Source of the DNA: Squalus acanthias
Lineage: Eukaryota
Length of the DNA stretch: 64,000 nt
Direction of reading: 5' to 3'
Assembly: GCA_030390025.1 (NCBI GenBank)
Contig: CM059449.1
Location: 14,942,001 to 15,006,000, forward strand
Part shown: piece by piece, positions 1 through 12,844 of the stretch
Layout of the letters: every line of letters starts with the position of its first letter
Numbering within the stretch: the first letter of the stretch is position 1
Translations under genes and position numbers: made by a program
Notes under the pieces: generated by a model
The model's input: only the letters and a program-made list of their open reading frames with translations
Databases searched by the model: none
Told to the model about the DNA's origin: nothing

Positions 1-665
1 AAGAAGGCCTTGAACAGGAACAGAGACTTTCTGCTCCAAATGTAAAATAGACTGCTACGGTTGTAAGATGTGAAGGCTGCCAGCTGCCTTCTAACAGATA
101 AGGAAAACAGACATTGAGAGTTCTGTAAAGACAAGCTATTGAACTGTGGAACCATTGCAAAAACAGGAACATCTTCTGACTTTGGGATGTAACCGGCCTT
201 GAGGCCCACTGACTGACTGACCACTGATAAGAAGAAGAGAAAACAACTACTGACTATTACTCACATAGTTTGGGACACGTATGCAGTGGGCGGGTTGCCA
301 AGTTTTAAGGTATAAAAGATGCTGTAAAAAGACATTCGGGGCTGCAGTCGGGGGCAACTTGGTCGGTTGCCAGTTAAAGTCATACGTCTAGTCATCGCCG
401 AACTGACCACTCGTGCTAGGCCATATGTAGTGTTGGCTTATTATCACTTGATCTTAAAGTCAGGGAATAAACCTGGGCATGCTTAGATATAATCATGAGT
501 ATTATATGCAACAGTTTTGCGTGAGCTTACTTGTAACCTCTTGCTGATTTTAAGTAAAGGAAGTTATTCTTGAATCCTTGGGTTTTGTGTTGTCTGTTCG
601 ACGGGTCTCAACTTTGGAAACTGTTTGACGGGTTAAAGGACAAGAGTGAATTTAAACGTCTTACA
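1..665 (+). mobile_element. Possible LTR (solo or ERV-type), truncated by the window start
   Basis: TATAAAA at 311-317, AATAAA at 466-471, then a T/G-rich U5-like stretch ending ...TTACA at 665. No partner LTR or PBS seen. Confidence 0.3.
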
Positions 666-741
666 CATCTGTTCCAGCAGGATGTACAAACAGCTGAAAG
701 CAGATTGCAGACTGGAGAATAGAGGAACCGTGTTAATATTA

Positions 742-1442
742 CTGGGGGTATATGTGCACAAATCGTTGAAGGCGGCAGGGCGGTTGAGAAAGCGGTTAAA
801 AAAGCATACGGGATCCTATAAATAGTGGCATAGAGTAAAAAAGCAAGGAAGTTATGATGAACCTGTATAAAACACTGGTTCGGCCTCAACTGGAGAATTG
901 TGTCCAATTCTGGGCACCGCACTTTAGGAAGGATGTGAAGGTCTTAGAGAGGCTGCAGAACAGATTTACGAGAATGATTCCAGGGATGAGGGACTTCAGT
1001 TACGTGGATAGACTAGAGAAGCTGCGGTTGTTCTCCTTAGAGCAGAGAAGGTTGAGAGGAGATTTGACAGAGGTGTTCAAAATCATGAGGGGTCTGGACA
1101 GAGTAGATAGAGAGAAACTGTTCCCATTGACGGAAGGGTCAAGAACTAGAGGACACAGATTTCAGGTGATTGGCAAAAGAACCAAAGGTGACATGAGGAA
1201 AACCTTTTTACATAGGGAGGGGTTATGATCTGGAATGCACTGCCTGAAAGGGTGGTGGAGGCAGACTCAATTGTGGCTTTCAAAAGGGAATTGTATAAGT
1301 ACCTGAAGGAAAAAAATTGCAGGGCTACGGGGAAAGGGCGGGGGAGTGGGACTAGCTGAAGTGCTCTTGCAGAGAGCCGGCACGGGCTCGACGGGCCGAA
1401 TGGCCTCCTTCTGTGCTGTAACCATTCCATGATTCCATGATT
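742..1442 (+). mobile_element. CR1 LINE 3' fragment (ORF2 C-terminus and tail)
   Basis: ORF 854-1228 'LYKTLVRPQLENCVQFWAP...[10 protein letters not shown]'; repeated ATTCCATG tail. Confidence 0.9.
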
Positions 1443-1831
1443 AGAGCCAGTAGTGGGAGAAGCTGGCTAGAAGCGGGCAATAATGAAAGAAAGAAATTAA
1501 ATATATTGGGAATTGAAACAAAAATAAAAAAAAAGGAACAGAATAAAAGCAGAAACTGGAAAGAGATTTGTCGCTTGCAGACTGTCTTAGTAGTACCGTC
1601 ACTGTGTTGAGGAACAGGTTCGAACTTTCGACAGTGTTTGAACCAATTGGAACCTGAACTCGGATTCGCTGTTTTGAATTGTCCTCATATTGGCAGGTAG
1701 CTATGAGATATTTGGCTAGTCCCAGGTTTGCGGTCTGTCAGCTCATCTTTAAGAGCAAGGCTTCAGCAGAGTTCACCGAAAAGTGCCTCAGCGTTGGTGT
1801 CACAGAAGAGACCAATCAGATCACAGAACCT

Positions 1832-2617
1832 GTATTACATTTTGGTAGGAAGAATAGGGAGGTCACTTGGAGGGTGCGAGTCTAGGTGGGGTAGAGGAAC
1901 AAAGGGATCTCGGAGTACAAATACACAAATCACTAAAAGTTGCGACACAGGTTAGCAAGGCCATAAAAAAGCAAACCAAGCACTAGGGTTTATTTCTAGA
2001 GGGTAGAATTGAAAGGTAGGGAAGTCATGCTAAACCTGTATCGAATCTTGGTTAGACCACACTTAGAGTACTGTGTACAGTTCTGGTTATTATAAAAAGG
2101 ATATAGAGGCACTGGAGAGGGTGCAGAGAAGATTTCCAAGGATGATACCAGGAATGCGAGGGTATACATATCAGGAAAGGATGAACAGGCTGGGTCTCTT
2201 TTCTCTTGAAAAAAGAAGGCTGAGGGGTGACCTAATAGAGGTCTATAGATTTATAAAAGGTTTTGATAGAGTGGATACAGAGAGAATGTTTCCATTTGTG
2301 GGGAAGAGCATAACTAGAGGCCATCAATATGAGATAGACACCAAGAAATCCAATAGGGAATTCAGAAGAAACTTCTTTACCCAAAGAGTGGTGAGAATGT
2401 GGAACTCGCTACCACAGGGAGTGGTTGAGGCGAATAGTATAGATGCATTTAAGGGGAGGCTAGACAAGCATATGAGGGAGAAGGGGATAGAGGGTTATGC
2501 TGATAGATTTAGATGAGAAAGATGGGAGGAGGCTCGAGTGGAGCATAAACGCCGGCATGGACTGGTTGGGCCGAATGGCCTGTTTCTGTGCCGTATATCC
2601 TATGTAATCCTATGTAA
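1832..2617 (+). mobile_element. CR1 LINE 3' fragment (second subfamily)
   Basis: ORF 2073-2516 '[10 protein letters not shown]...FFTQRVVRMWNSLP'; ATCCTATGTA tail repeated. Confidence 0.9.
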
Positions 2618-2994
2618 AAGCTAAAACTCTTTGTCAAGTTTACCCAATGGACCGATGGCATGCAGAAATGGGACTTCATTGTTAAGTTTAGCTGACGGAA
2701 CAATCTGATCCAGGAAATCGAAACATTTTTTTCTGTTAAAATGAACGGTAATTGTTAAAAAAAAAATTATCCGGAAGAATTAACGTGCCAAGTTTAAAAA
2801 AATATTCTATTGTTATGTTCAATGGTCGCAGATGATATTTCAGGCATTACTTTAATTTAACCGTATCACTGTTGGTTGTTTCTACTTCCATGTTATATAT
2901 TAATAAAATACGAATCACCGGAATCAAAAGAGACTGTAATGTCCAGAGTATGAATATGATTATTACCGCTAGAAAATTAATAATAAAACGCACA

Positions 2995-3182
2995 AAAAAA
3001 ACAGAAAACGGTGGAAGCACTCAGCAGGTCAGTCAGAATCCGTGGTGGGAGCAGGATACATCAGCCTTTCTGAAAAGTTAAATCGTGTTCGGTCCCCTCG
3101 CAGCTACTGAACCGACCTGTTGAGTGTTGCCAGCATTTTCAGTTTCTGTCACGGATCTCCAGCATCTGCATTTTTCTTTCTT
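2995..3182. repeat. Inverted pair of Penelope-tail-like fragments (imperfect hairpin)
   Basis: acagaaaacggtggaagcactcagcaggtcagtcag (~3001-3036) is roughly the reverse complement of ctgaaccgacctgttgagtgttgccagcattttcagt (~3107-3143). Both resemble 13990-14035. Confidence 0.5.
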
Positions 3183-3186
3183 TAGT

Positions 3187-3221
<35 letters not shown>

Positions 3222-3235
3222 CGGGGGAGCGGGGG
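3187..3235. repeat. Poly-G tract
   Basis: About 35 consecutive G followed by GC-rich G-runs. Confidence 0.9.
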
Positions 3236-3469
3236 CAGAACGTTTCCAGCCCAGACAGACAGACACGTGCGTGGAAAAGGAGAGAGAATAAGTGAGAGAG
3301 GCAGTGTAGCAAAGCCAGGGCTAAAAAAAGAGACGGCGACCAAATATATAAGCAACTTCTTCCATTGCATCACATCCTGGGCCGGAGTTATCTTCACACT
3401 GAGAGGCAGTGGTCATTTTGTCTGCGTCCTTCCTTTTGAACATCGAATTTACCCGGGTTGCAGGCAGAA

Positions 3470-6400
3470 ATGAATCCGAACATGACGATCTGGGCGGCGA
3501 TAATTGTATCTGGTAAGGTGTTTTAACTCGTTTTAATCTATGTTCAAGCCTATTGTCCACTATTAGATACCAGGAGGACTCCGTGCAATATAATCATGGG
3601 AAAGTTCACTCATTTTGGAAAATAGTATAAAAATGACAGCTGGAAATATCAGTGGAGGAACGCCAATGTGCTCTCCCGTTCGCCCATCACCCCCTGTGCT
3701 CGCTGACCGACATTGGCCCCCGGTTAAGCAACGCCTCGATTTTAAAATTCTCATCCTTGTTTTCAAATCCCTCCATGGCCTCGCTCCTCCCTATCTCTGT
3801 AATCTCCTTCAGCCCCGCAACCCTCCGAGATAACTGCAGTCTTCCAATTCTGTCCTCTTGAGCATCCCCGATTATAATCGCTCCACCATTGGCGGCCGTG
3901 CCTTCAGCTGTCTGGGCCCTAAGCTCTGGAATTCCCTGCCTTAACCTCTCCGCCTCTCTACCTCTCTTCCTTTAAGACGCTCCTTAAAACCTACCCCTTT
4001 GACCAAACTTTTGGTCACCTACCCTAATTTCTCCTTATGTGGCTGGGTGTCAAATTTTGTCTTCTAACACTCCTGTGAAGGGCCTTGTGACGTTTTATTA
4101 CATGAAAGGCGCTGTATAAATACAAGTTGGTGTTGTTGTTGCTGCTATTCCATTCCTGTCTGCTATATTTTAAATCGGTATTTTAATACATATACCACAA
4201 ACGGGTTAACGTCTCCTTTTAAAGTAGAGGACAGAGGGCAGGAACGCGGGGACGGCTTATCCCTAAAGTAGCCAACAGTAATTTTGGAGCTGTGTTATGT
4301 TTAATACCAGATCACATTCTATAACCGCTGTGCCGAAAGGATATTTCAGGATTTGTTTACCACCATTAGACCGACCCTAAGCGGCACTATTTTCATATTT
4401 ACAGACTGCAATGTTATAAAACAACGTGTCTGCTCCGCTCCGGCGTCATAACCGCCCGTGGAATGTATGCTCCGATATCCTTAAACCCTCAATACTAAAT
4501 ATCAGTAGCATCGTCACTTAAATTTATATGTTTCTCTATGCATTTCCATTTGAACCTAAATATTCACTAAACGGAGGGATGCTGGCTCTGGTTAGTCATT
4601 ATCAACATCACTCTCGGGCCAGGGACAGTAGGGTTCGAATGCAGAGTAAGGCTGTTTTGCCCTAAAGCTGACTTTGTAAAGTCACAACATTTAAAGTACC
4701 TAAATAGACTACAGTTCTAACAGCTACCCCATATTTACAACGTTACCTCTATACATTCTGGTATCCAGAGCATGTTAGGTAGCCCGTGTCTGTGTTATCA
4801 TAGAATCATAGAACCATAGAATGGTTACAGCACAGAAGGTGGACATTCGGCCCGTCGAGCCCGTGCCGGCTCACTCATAGAAACATAGAAAATATAGAAA
4901 CATAGAAAAATAGGGGCAGGAGTAGCCCATTCGGCCCTTCGAGCCTGCTCCGCCATTCAATATGATCATGGCTGATCCTCTATCTCAATACCATATTCCT
5001 GCTCTCTCCCAATACCCCTTGATGCCTTTTGTGTCTAGAAATCTATCTATCTCCTTCTTAAATATATTCAGTGACTTGGCCTCCACAGCCTTCTGTGGTA
5101 GAGAATTCCACAGGTTCACCACCTTCTGAGTGAAGACATTTCTCCCCATCTCAGTCCTAAATGTCCTACCCCGTATCCTGAGACTGTGATCCCTCGTTCG
5201 AGACCCCCCAGCCAGGGGAAACATCCTCCCTGCATCCAGTCTGTCTAGCCCTGTCAGAATTGTATACGTTTCAATGAGATTCCCCGTCATTCTTTAAAAC
5301 TCTAGTGAATACAGGCCTAGTCGACCCAATCTCTCCTCATACGACAGTCCTGCCATCCCAGGAGTCTGGTGAACCTTCGCTGCACTCCCTCTATGGCAAG
5401 TATATCCTTTCTTAGGTAAGTAGACCAAAACTGCACACAGTACTCCAGGTGTGGTCTCACCAAGGCCCTGTATAACTGTAGTAAGACATCCTTGCTCCTG
5501 TACTCAAATCCTCTTGCAATGAAGGCCAACATACCATTTGCCTTCCTAACTGCTTGCTGCACCTGCAAGTTTGCTTTCAATGACTGGTGTACAAGGACAG
5601 CCTGGAACCTTTGTACATCAACATTTCCCAATCTATCACCATTTAAATAATACTCTACTTTTCTGTTTTTCCTACCGAAGTAGATAACTTCACATTTATC
5701 CACGTTATACTGGATCTATCATGTATTTGCCCACTCACTCAACTTGTCTAAATCGACTTGAAGCCACTTTGCATCCTCCTCACAACTCACAATCCCACCT
5801 AATTTCGTGTTGTCAGCAAACTTGGAAATATTACATTTGGTTCCCTCATCCAAATCATTGATATATATTGTGAATATCTGGGGCCCAAGCACTGATCCCT
5901 GCGGTACCCCACTAGTCACCGCCTGCCACCCCGAAAAAGACCCATTTGTTCCTACTCTCTGTTTCCTGTCTGTTAACCAATTTTCAATCCATGCCAGTGT
6001 ATTACCCCCAATCCCATGTGCTTTAATTTTGCACACTAACCTCTTAAGTGGGGCTTTATCAAAGGACTTCTGAAAATCCAAATACACCACATCCACTGGT
6101 TCTCCCTCATCTATTCTATCAGTTACATCCTCAAAAAACTCCAGTAGGTTTGTTAAACACAATTTCCCTTTCATAATTTCATGTTGACTTTGTCTAATCC
6201 CGTTGATATTTTCTAAGTGTCCTGTTAATACATCCTTTATAATAAACTCTAGCATTTTCCCTACTATAGATGTTAGGCTAACCGGTCTGTAGTTCCCTGT
6301 TTTCTCTATCCCTCCTTTTTTAAATAGTGGGGTTACATTTGCCACCCTCCAATCTGCAGGAGCTGTTCCATAATCTATAGAATTTTGGAAGATGACAACC

Positions 6401-9400
6401 AATGCATCCACTATTTCCATGGCAACCTCTTTTAGTACTCTGGGATGCAGCTTATCAGGCCCTGGGGATTTATCAGCTTTCAGTCCCATTAATTTCTGCA
6501 GCACTATTTTTTTTAACTAAAACTAATTTCCTTTAATTCCTCCTTCTCACTAGACCCTTGGTTTCCTCGCATTTCTGGGAAGTTATTTGTGTCCTCTTCC
6601 GTGAAGACAGAACCAAAGTATCTGTTTAATTGCTCATCCATTTCCTTGTTCCCCATTATAAATTCTCCCGTTTCTGGCTGTAAGGGACAAAAGCAGCTCA
6701 GCTAGTCCCACTCCCCCGCCCTTTCCCCTTAGCCCTGCAATTTTTTTTCCTTCAGGCACTTATCCAATTCCCTTTTGAAAGCTTGATTGGCGCTCCATCC
6801 ACCACCTCAAACATTCACTCCCTCCACCACCGGCGTACTGTGGCTGCAGTGTGCACCATCTACAAGATGCACTGCAGCAACTCGCCAAGGCTTCTTCGGC
6901 AGTACCTCCCGAACCAACGTCCTCAGCAGCCCCATGGGAACAGCACCACCTCCAAGTTCCCCTCCAAGTTACACACCATCCTGACTTGGAAGTGTATCGC
7001 CATTCCTTCATTGTCGCTGGGTGAAAATCCTGTAACACCCTCCCTAACAGCACTGTGGCCGTATCTACACCACACGGACTGCAGGGGTTCAAGAAGGTGG
7101 CTCACCACCACCTTCGCAAGGGCAATTAGGGATGGGCAATAAATGCTGGCCTTGCCAGCAAAGCCCACATCCCATAAATGAATTAAAAAAAATCTGCCTC
7201 CACCATCCTTTCAGGCAGTACATTCCAGATCATAACAACTCGCTGCGTAAAAATGTTTTCCTCATGTCGCCTTTGGTTCTTCTGCCAATCAATTTAAATC
7301 TTTGTCCTCTGGTTCTCGACCCTTCCGCCAATGGGAACAGTTTCTATCTATCTACTCTGTCTAGACCCCTCATGATTTTGAAAAACTCTATCAAATCTCC
7401 TCTCAACCTTCTCTGCTCTAAGAAGAACAACCCCAGCTTCTCCAGTGTATTCACGTAACTGAAGTCCCTCATCCCTGGAACCATTCTTGTAAATCTGAAT
7501 TTAGAGTTCATTTGTCCTGGTAATTTATTAATTATTGTAAAGGTTTAGTGATGTCAATAACACACAGGGGCGGGTATGCCCCAGGGCCTGCGCCATCGGC
7601 CAGAACTTGCGTGCTATCAAACCAAATGGTGGTAAAACCAAAGATACTGAAATGGCAGAGGATTTGGAGGTTAATTGTCCACACCTACTGGCTGGGGTGG
7701 AACCCGATGCGGAATATTAATGGAATGTTTTTAGAACAATATTAAACAGGTGGAAGTCAGGTAAGTGCCCAAAGTCATAAAAAAGGGAGTGTGGTAAGAG
7801 AAAAACAAGATGGCTGCCTGGTCAAGTACAAAGGCAAATAAGACGTAAGTAAAAATGTGTTTTTGAATATAAATTAAAGGCACCTAATGCACAACAAGAC
7901 AAAGGCAGGTACCGGGACCAGGGTAGAAAAGCCATTAAAACAGCTAAACGATTAATGGAAAAGCGGATGGTGGACAACTGTAGTAGTCGTGGAAAATGTC
8001 ATTCATCTATGTGAAGAGTCAAAGGATCGTCAAAGACTATATTGGGCTTCTGAAAGATTCACAAGAACAGGTTAGAAAGGTCTCTCAGGGTCCGGCGGAG
8101 ATACTAAATTAATACTTTGCACCAGTCTTCACTCAGACACGGCTAAATGGCGTTGTTAGCAATAACGTTGTTAATATTGATACCGTTTTAGACTGCAATG
8201 GAACTGAATATCGGGCGCTGCATATAACGGGCGGCCGATCCGATACCGCCCGTTTTGCGCCACAATCTGAGATGGATTTCTCGGCCAATGAAACAGAATA
8301 TCAGGTGCTGATGGCCGATTTGATACCGCCCGCTTTGCGTTGCCGCCCAAGATGAATTTCTAGCAACGCGTTTCCCATATTTCTGTTTTTATTTCAGATT
8401 TTTATCATTGAAGGTTTTTTTTAAAGTCAGATATTTTCTATTTTATAGCAGGACAAACGTTTGGAAACATCACAGTGATCCAAAGCCCAGCCTCGATTAT
8501 TACAACTGAAGGCGAGACTGTGGTCCTAAACTGCACGTATAATGGGCCAACCGGGATAGCCGCATACAAATGGTATCGAAACATCCAAGGTGGGACTGAA
8601 GTGTCCAACAAAACATCACAGTACACAGGACGTGTGATTCTGGCGGATCAGGAGGCCTTCTTAGCAAGCAAAGACGCTTCACTACAAATAGCAGACACAA
8701 AGCTGTACGATTCAGGAACCTATTATTGCAAAGTGGAACACGTGGCATGTGGGGAAGCATATGGCCCGGGGACAAAACTTACTGTAACAAGTGAGTATCG
8801 CTCCCTAGTTTTGGCGAAACAATTTGTAAGTGTGAAAGTGACCCCGATCATAATGAAATGCATGATTACACCCAGGTCTTTTTAATTGGAAATAGCTTTG
8901 TGATTTTTAAATAGAAAAGAAAAAGAAAGACTTGCATTTATATAGCGCTTTCCACGACCACCGACGTCCAAAGCGCTTTACAGCCAATGAAGTACTTTTT
9001 TTTGAAGCGGAGTCACTGTTGTATTGTAGGAAACGCGGCAGCCAATTTGCGCACAGCAAGCTCCCACAAACAGCAATGTGATAATGATCAGGTAATCTGT
9101 TTTAGTGATGTTGATTGAGGGATAAATATTGGCCCAGGACACCAGGGAGAACGCCCCTGCTCTTCTTTGAAATAGTGCTATTGGATCTTCTATGTCCACC
9201 TGAGAGAGCAGACGGGGTCCTCGGTTTAACATCGCATCCGAAAGACGGTACCTCCGACAGTGCAGCGCTCCCTCAGTACTCCACTGAAGTGTCAGCCTAG
9301 ATTTTTGTGCTGAAGTCTCTGGAGTGAGAATATGAATCCACAATTTTCTGACTCAGAGGTGAGGGTGCTACCAACTGAGCCACTGGCTGACCTAAAATGC

Positions 9401-12400
9401 TAAAACTATTTGTTACACCAACACCTACAGTGCAGAAGCGTCCCAACATCGGACTGAGGAAGATGGAAGACGGGATGAATTAAGCAGTATTGAAGGACTA
9501 CTTCCAAGCTTGGGCTTTAACAGTCTGTCGATTGTAGGGGAAAATGGACTGGATGGAGTGAGCAGTTCCTCATTTGTAACGTCTTGCATAGGAATGAGGT
9601 GGATTAGGGCACTATGGATGGAGATTTGATTTCAACGCAGTTACACTGGAGGGAAGAGCCATAGCTGATAGGCAGACGTGCTTGGAGCTTAGAAGAAAGA
9701 AGGAGAAAGTTAATCACCATGGCAGTCGAGATAAATATAAAATAAAGTTGGAAAGTAGAGAGAGGTGTTAGAGGCCATTGTGGGGATGGGGTTGGTGAAG
9801 AATGGCGTATCTGACGACAAGCTTCTTGCATGTTAAATTGTTCATCTGCAGAAAGAAATGTGCCAGTAAAGCGGCGGACAGGGAACCGCAGAGGAAATCC
9901 ACATTAGTGATGATACCATGCAGACATGCGGCGCAGGGTCCGGATCACTTTGCAGATTGACAAGGGATTACCAAGAAAAAGGAATATTACAATTACCTTG
10001 AGTTAAAACATAGATCATGGGAACCGGTGAACTAGAGCAATGTTAGGAAGCAAACGAGAGTTAGAAAAAGCGCGAGACTTGCAAGCAGCGACAGTTAACT
10101 AAATAAGTACTTTATTGGCTTAGAGAAAGAACTGAGCTAAAAATAGCGTTTATATAACCTCATGACGTTGATCAGAAACGGCTCAAAGCGCCTCACGCCC
10201 GATGAGTTACTTAGAAGTGCAGTGGTTGCTGTGACGTAGGGACACCCTGCAGCCAATCTGCGCACAGCAAAAAAAAACCCCGAACTGCGATGAGATGGGA
10301 CTTTTGCCATTAGCTGAGGAAGGCTAGGAACCTCCTTCTAATCGAGCAGTGCTACAAACAGGCAGTGAATCAAGGCAATGCCCCTAGTGTAGGGCCTTCA
10401 TGTTCAATGTCTCATCCCAAGGATACCACCTGCGACAGTGCACCTCGCCTTGATTACCACATGCCAGTGTAAACCCACATAATATCCTTCCGTTCCGATG
10501 TTTTGGCCCAAACATTCATGACTCGGAGGCAAGCTGACAAATAGAACAACTGACAAATGGACAGCAATGCGATTTCTGGGGAATGAACAAAGAAAATAGC
10601 TCTTTCAAGTCTTCAAGTTAAATTAATTATACGAACTTCATTAACGTTTTTTCAAACAGTGCGAGTTCGATATTCACCAAATCACAGAAATGACAGAGAA
10701 GCATGGCTTGTAGAAGTACAAAGAATAATTATTTTTTTCAAATCTCCTCAGCTCGAGGATACGCCACGAGGAACTCGCGGATTCTTTGGTACATCAGAAC
10801 GTGGATAATCGTTGCACTCATCCTTACGGGGATCGTCCTCTCTCAGCGCATCTGCCCCATCAGAGGTACTGACATTGAAGTTAAATTTACAGCATTTCAC
10901 ATACATAAAAGATGAAATCATAGAATTGCACTTGCAATGCGCACATCCTCATTTTATATATAAGTATTGATTACAGAAGTAGATGCTTTCAGAATATCAA
11001 ACTATGCCTTAAATTCAGTTTAATCTTTTTTTTCTCTCTTTCTACTGTCAGTTCATTGCACATTTGGCCCACTTCCAGAGTCAAGGTTGGTAAATGGAAA
11101 CATTACCGATTTTAAGTGAAGTCTATTTCATCCCTCAAACACTTGCAAGTGATTAATTTATCTTCTTCTGGTTTTTCCCCCGGAAGGGTCGAGTCCATCT
11201 ACGAAGACATTGATTTTACTGGTGGGTGACCAATCCTCAGGTCAAGTTTGCTTCCTTTAGCTTTCGTTAAAGTTACTACATTTTGCTTCGTTACACCAGG
11301 AACGTCTCCTTGATTTATTGTTCCCTTCAATGTTTTTGTATCTGTTACTAAACGCTAATTATATACAGGAATAAGTTTGGAGTTGAGACACATTTTCGGG
11401 GAGGCGGCATTTCTCTGTATTTAATCCGCTGCATATCCGCCCTCTGAATAATTGATGGGTCATTGCAGAGTGTTACTTTTTGCCTACCTATTCTACACCT
11501 GGCATGACAATATTTATAGGAACGTAGGAACAGAATGAGGCCATTCAGCCCCCCAGCCCATTCTGCCATTCAATTAGATCGTGGCTTATCTGTATCATAA
11601 CCCCATTTACCCGCCTTGGTTCCGTAACCCTTAATACCCTTACCCAACAATAATCTATCAATCTCAGTACTGACGTTTTCAATTGACCCCCCAGTCTCAG
11701 CAGCTTTTTGGGGGAGAGAGTTCCAGATTTCCACTATCGTTTGTGTGAAGAAGTGCTTCCTGACATCACCCCTGAACGGCCTAGCTCTAATTTTAAGGTT
11801 ATGCCCCCTTGTTCTGGACTCCACCACCAGAGGGAATAGTTTATCTCTATCTATCCTATCAAATACTTTAATAATCTTAAACACCTCGATGAAATCACCC
11901 CTTATTCTTCTATATTCAAGGGAATAGAAGCCTAGTCTAAGCAACCTGTCCTCATAATTTAACCCTTTTTGCGCCGGTATTATTCTGGTCAATCTGCGCT
12001 GCTCCCCCTCCAAGGCCGATATATCCTTCCTGAGGTGCGGTGCCCAGATCTGAATACAGTTCTCCTGATGGGGTCTAACCACAGCTCTGTACAGCCCAGA
12101 TTTTGTGCTCCAGTCTCTGGGATGGGAATTAAACCCACAACCTCCTGACTCAGAGGCGAGAGGGCTACCAACTGAGCCTTGGCTGAGACTGTGAGCAGAG
12201 ATATAGGTCTTTATGTATTGTCGTATGAGGAGAGATTGGGTCGACTAGGCCTGTATTCACTAGAGTTTAAAAGAATGAGAGGGGACCTAATTGAAACGTA
12301 TAACATTCTGACAGGGCTAGACAGACTGGATGCAGGGAGGATGTTTCCCCTGGCTGGGGGTCTAGAACGAGGGGTCACCGTCTCAGGATATGGGGTAGGA

Positions 12401-12844
12401 CATTTAGGACTGAGATGAGGAGAAATTTCTTCACTCAGAGGGTGGTGAACCTGTGGAATTCTCTACCACAGAAGGCTGTGAATATATTTAAGAAGGAGAT
12501 AGATAGATTTCTAGACACAAAAGGCATCAAGGGGTGTGGGGAGAGAGCGGGAATATGGTACTGAGATAGAGGATCAGCCATGATCATATTGAATGGCGGA
12601 GCAGGCTCGAAGGGCCGAATGGCCTACTCCTGCTCCTATTTTTCTATGTTTCTCTGTGTTTCTTATAACTATTTATTGTTAATCAATATTAAACTTCCTC
12701 GAATCTGGAGACTGCGTCTGTGCCATTCAACTAATCAAAATCAGTCTTACTGAAATATTTTAACAATATATGTTCTAATGTACATATTTTTATTGAATTA
12801 GAAACAGGAGGAAGGTGGCAACTGTTCAGCATAGGAACTGTTGA
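3470..12844 (+). CDS. NCR3: NKp30/NCR3-family activating Ig receptor, gene 1 (5 coding exons, 191 aa predicted)
   Basis: Phase-consistent GT-AG exons: leader 3470-3512 ([14 protein letters not shown], donor G|GTAAG); V 8449-8790; TM 10752-10865; 11052-11085 ([11 protein letters not shown], donor AG|GTTGGTAAAT); 12802-12844 ([14 protein letters not shown]), then AATAAA at 12854-12859. The symbol denotes family membership, not proven orthology. The last two exons are less certain. Confidence 0.8.
3672..4146 (+). mobile_element. L2-type LINE 3' fragment
   Basis: '[29 protein letters not shown]' and an ...ataaatacaagtt(gtt)n-type tail. Confidence 0.8.
4797..7496 (-). mobile_element. Nested LINEs in gene 1 intron 1: a CR1 interrupted by a longer CR1 (4877-6690, -) and a Crack/L2-group LINE 3' end (6783-7191, +)
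   Basis: RT ORFs 5719-6504 ([15 protein letters not shown]), 5317-5703 and 4985-5290. Outer pieces 4797-4876, 6690-6783 and 7192-7496 match the 742-1442 subfamily. Confidence 0.85.
8449..8790 (+). CDS. NCR3: Gene 1 VJ-type Ig V-domain exon
   Basis: ...VVLNCTY...YKWYR...[15 protein letters not shown]...DASLQI...[27 protein letters not shown]. Canonical Cys/Trp/Cys and GxGT J-like strand. Aligns with human NKp30 motifs (GKEVRNGTPEFRGRL, CRVEVLGLGVGTGNGTRLVV, from memory). TAGCAG acceptor, GTGAGT donor at 8791. Confidence 0.93.
8915..9391 (-). mobile_element. tRNA-headed Deu-domain SINE (SacSINE1/AmnSINE-like)
   Basis: Head gtggctcagttggtagca; central ggatgcgatgttaaaccgagg...cccgtctgc; L2-like tail gcgctatataaatgcaagtc. 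Confidence 0.8.
10140..10540 (-). mobile_element. Highly degenerate Deu-SINE copy
   Basis: gcagccaatctgcgcacagcaa and other patches match 8915-9391. Confidence 0.5.
10752..10865 (+). CDS. Gene 1 stalk/TM exon with intramembrane Arg
   Basis: [38 protein letters not shown]; acceptor ctcctcag, donor G|GTACTG; phase 1-1. Confidence 0.85.
11515..12665. mobile_element. CR1 3' fragment (11515-12090 -), SINE head (~12092-12190 -) and CR1 3' fragment (12215-12665 +)
   Basis: ORFs 11570-12082 and 12179-12418 are CR1 ORF2 C-termini. Confidence 0.85.

Noticed and set aside
3078-3397. Poly-proline ORFs (also 59871-60316)
   Set aside because: They are translations of G/C homopolymer or low-complexity tracts.
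8471-8477. Perfect heptamer CACAGTG at the start of the V exon
   Set aside because: No nonamer at 12 or 23 nt, wrong position, and not conserved in gene 2.
8739-8780. RSS-like CACGTGG ... ACAAAACTT just after YYC in gene 1
   Set aside because: The spacer is 26 nt (not 12 or 23) and both motifs are ordinary codons of the joined VJ exon.
8475-8885. Calling the V exons TCR or Ig V segments
   Set aside because: The J-like strand is in the same exon, which splices to a TM exon; there are no C domains or RSS.
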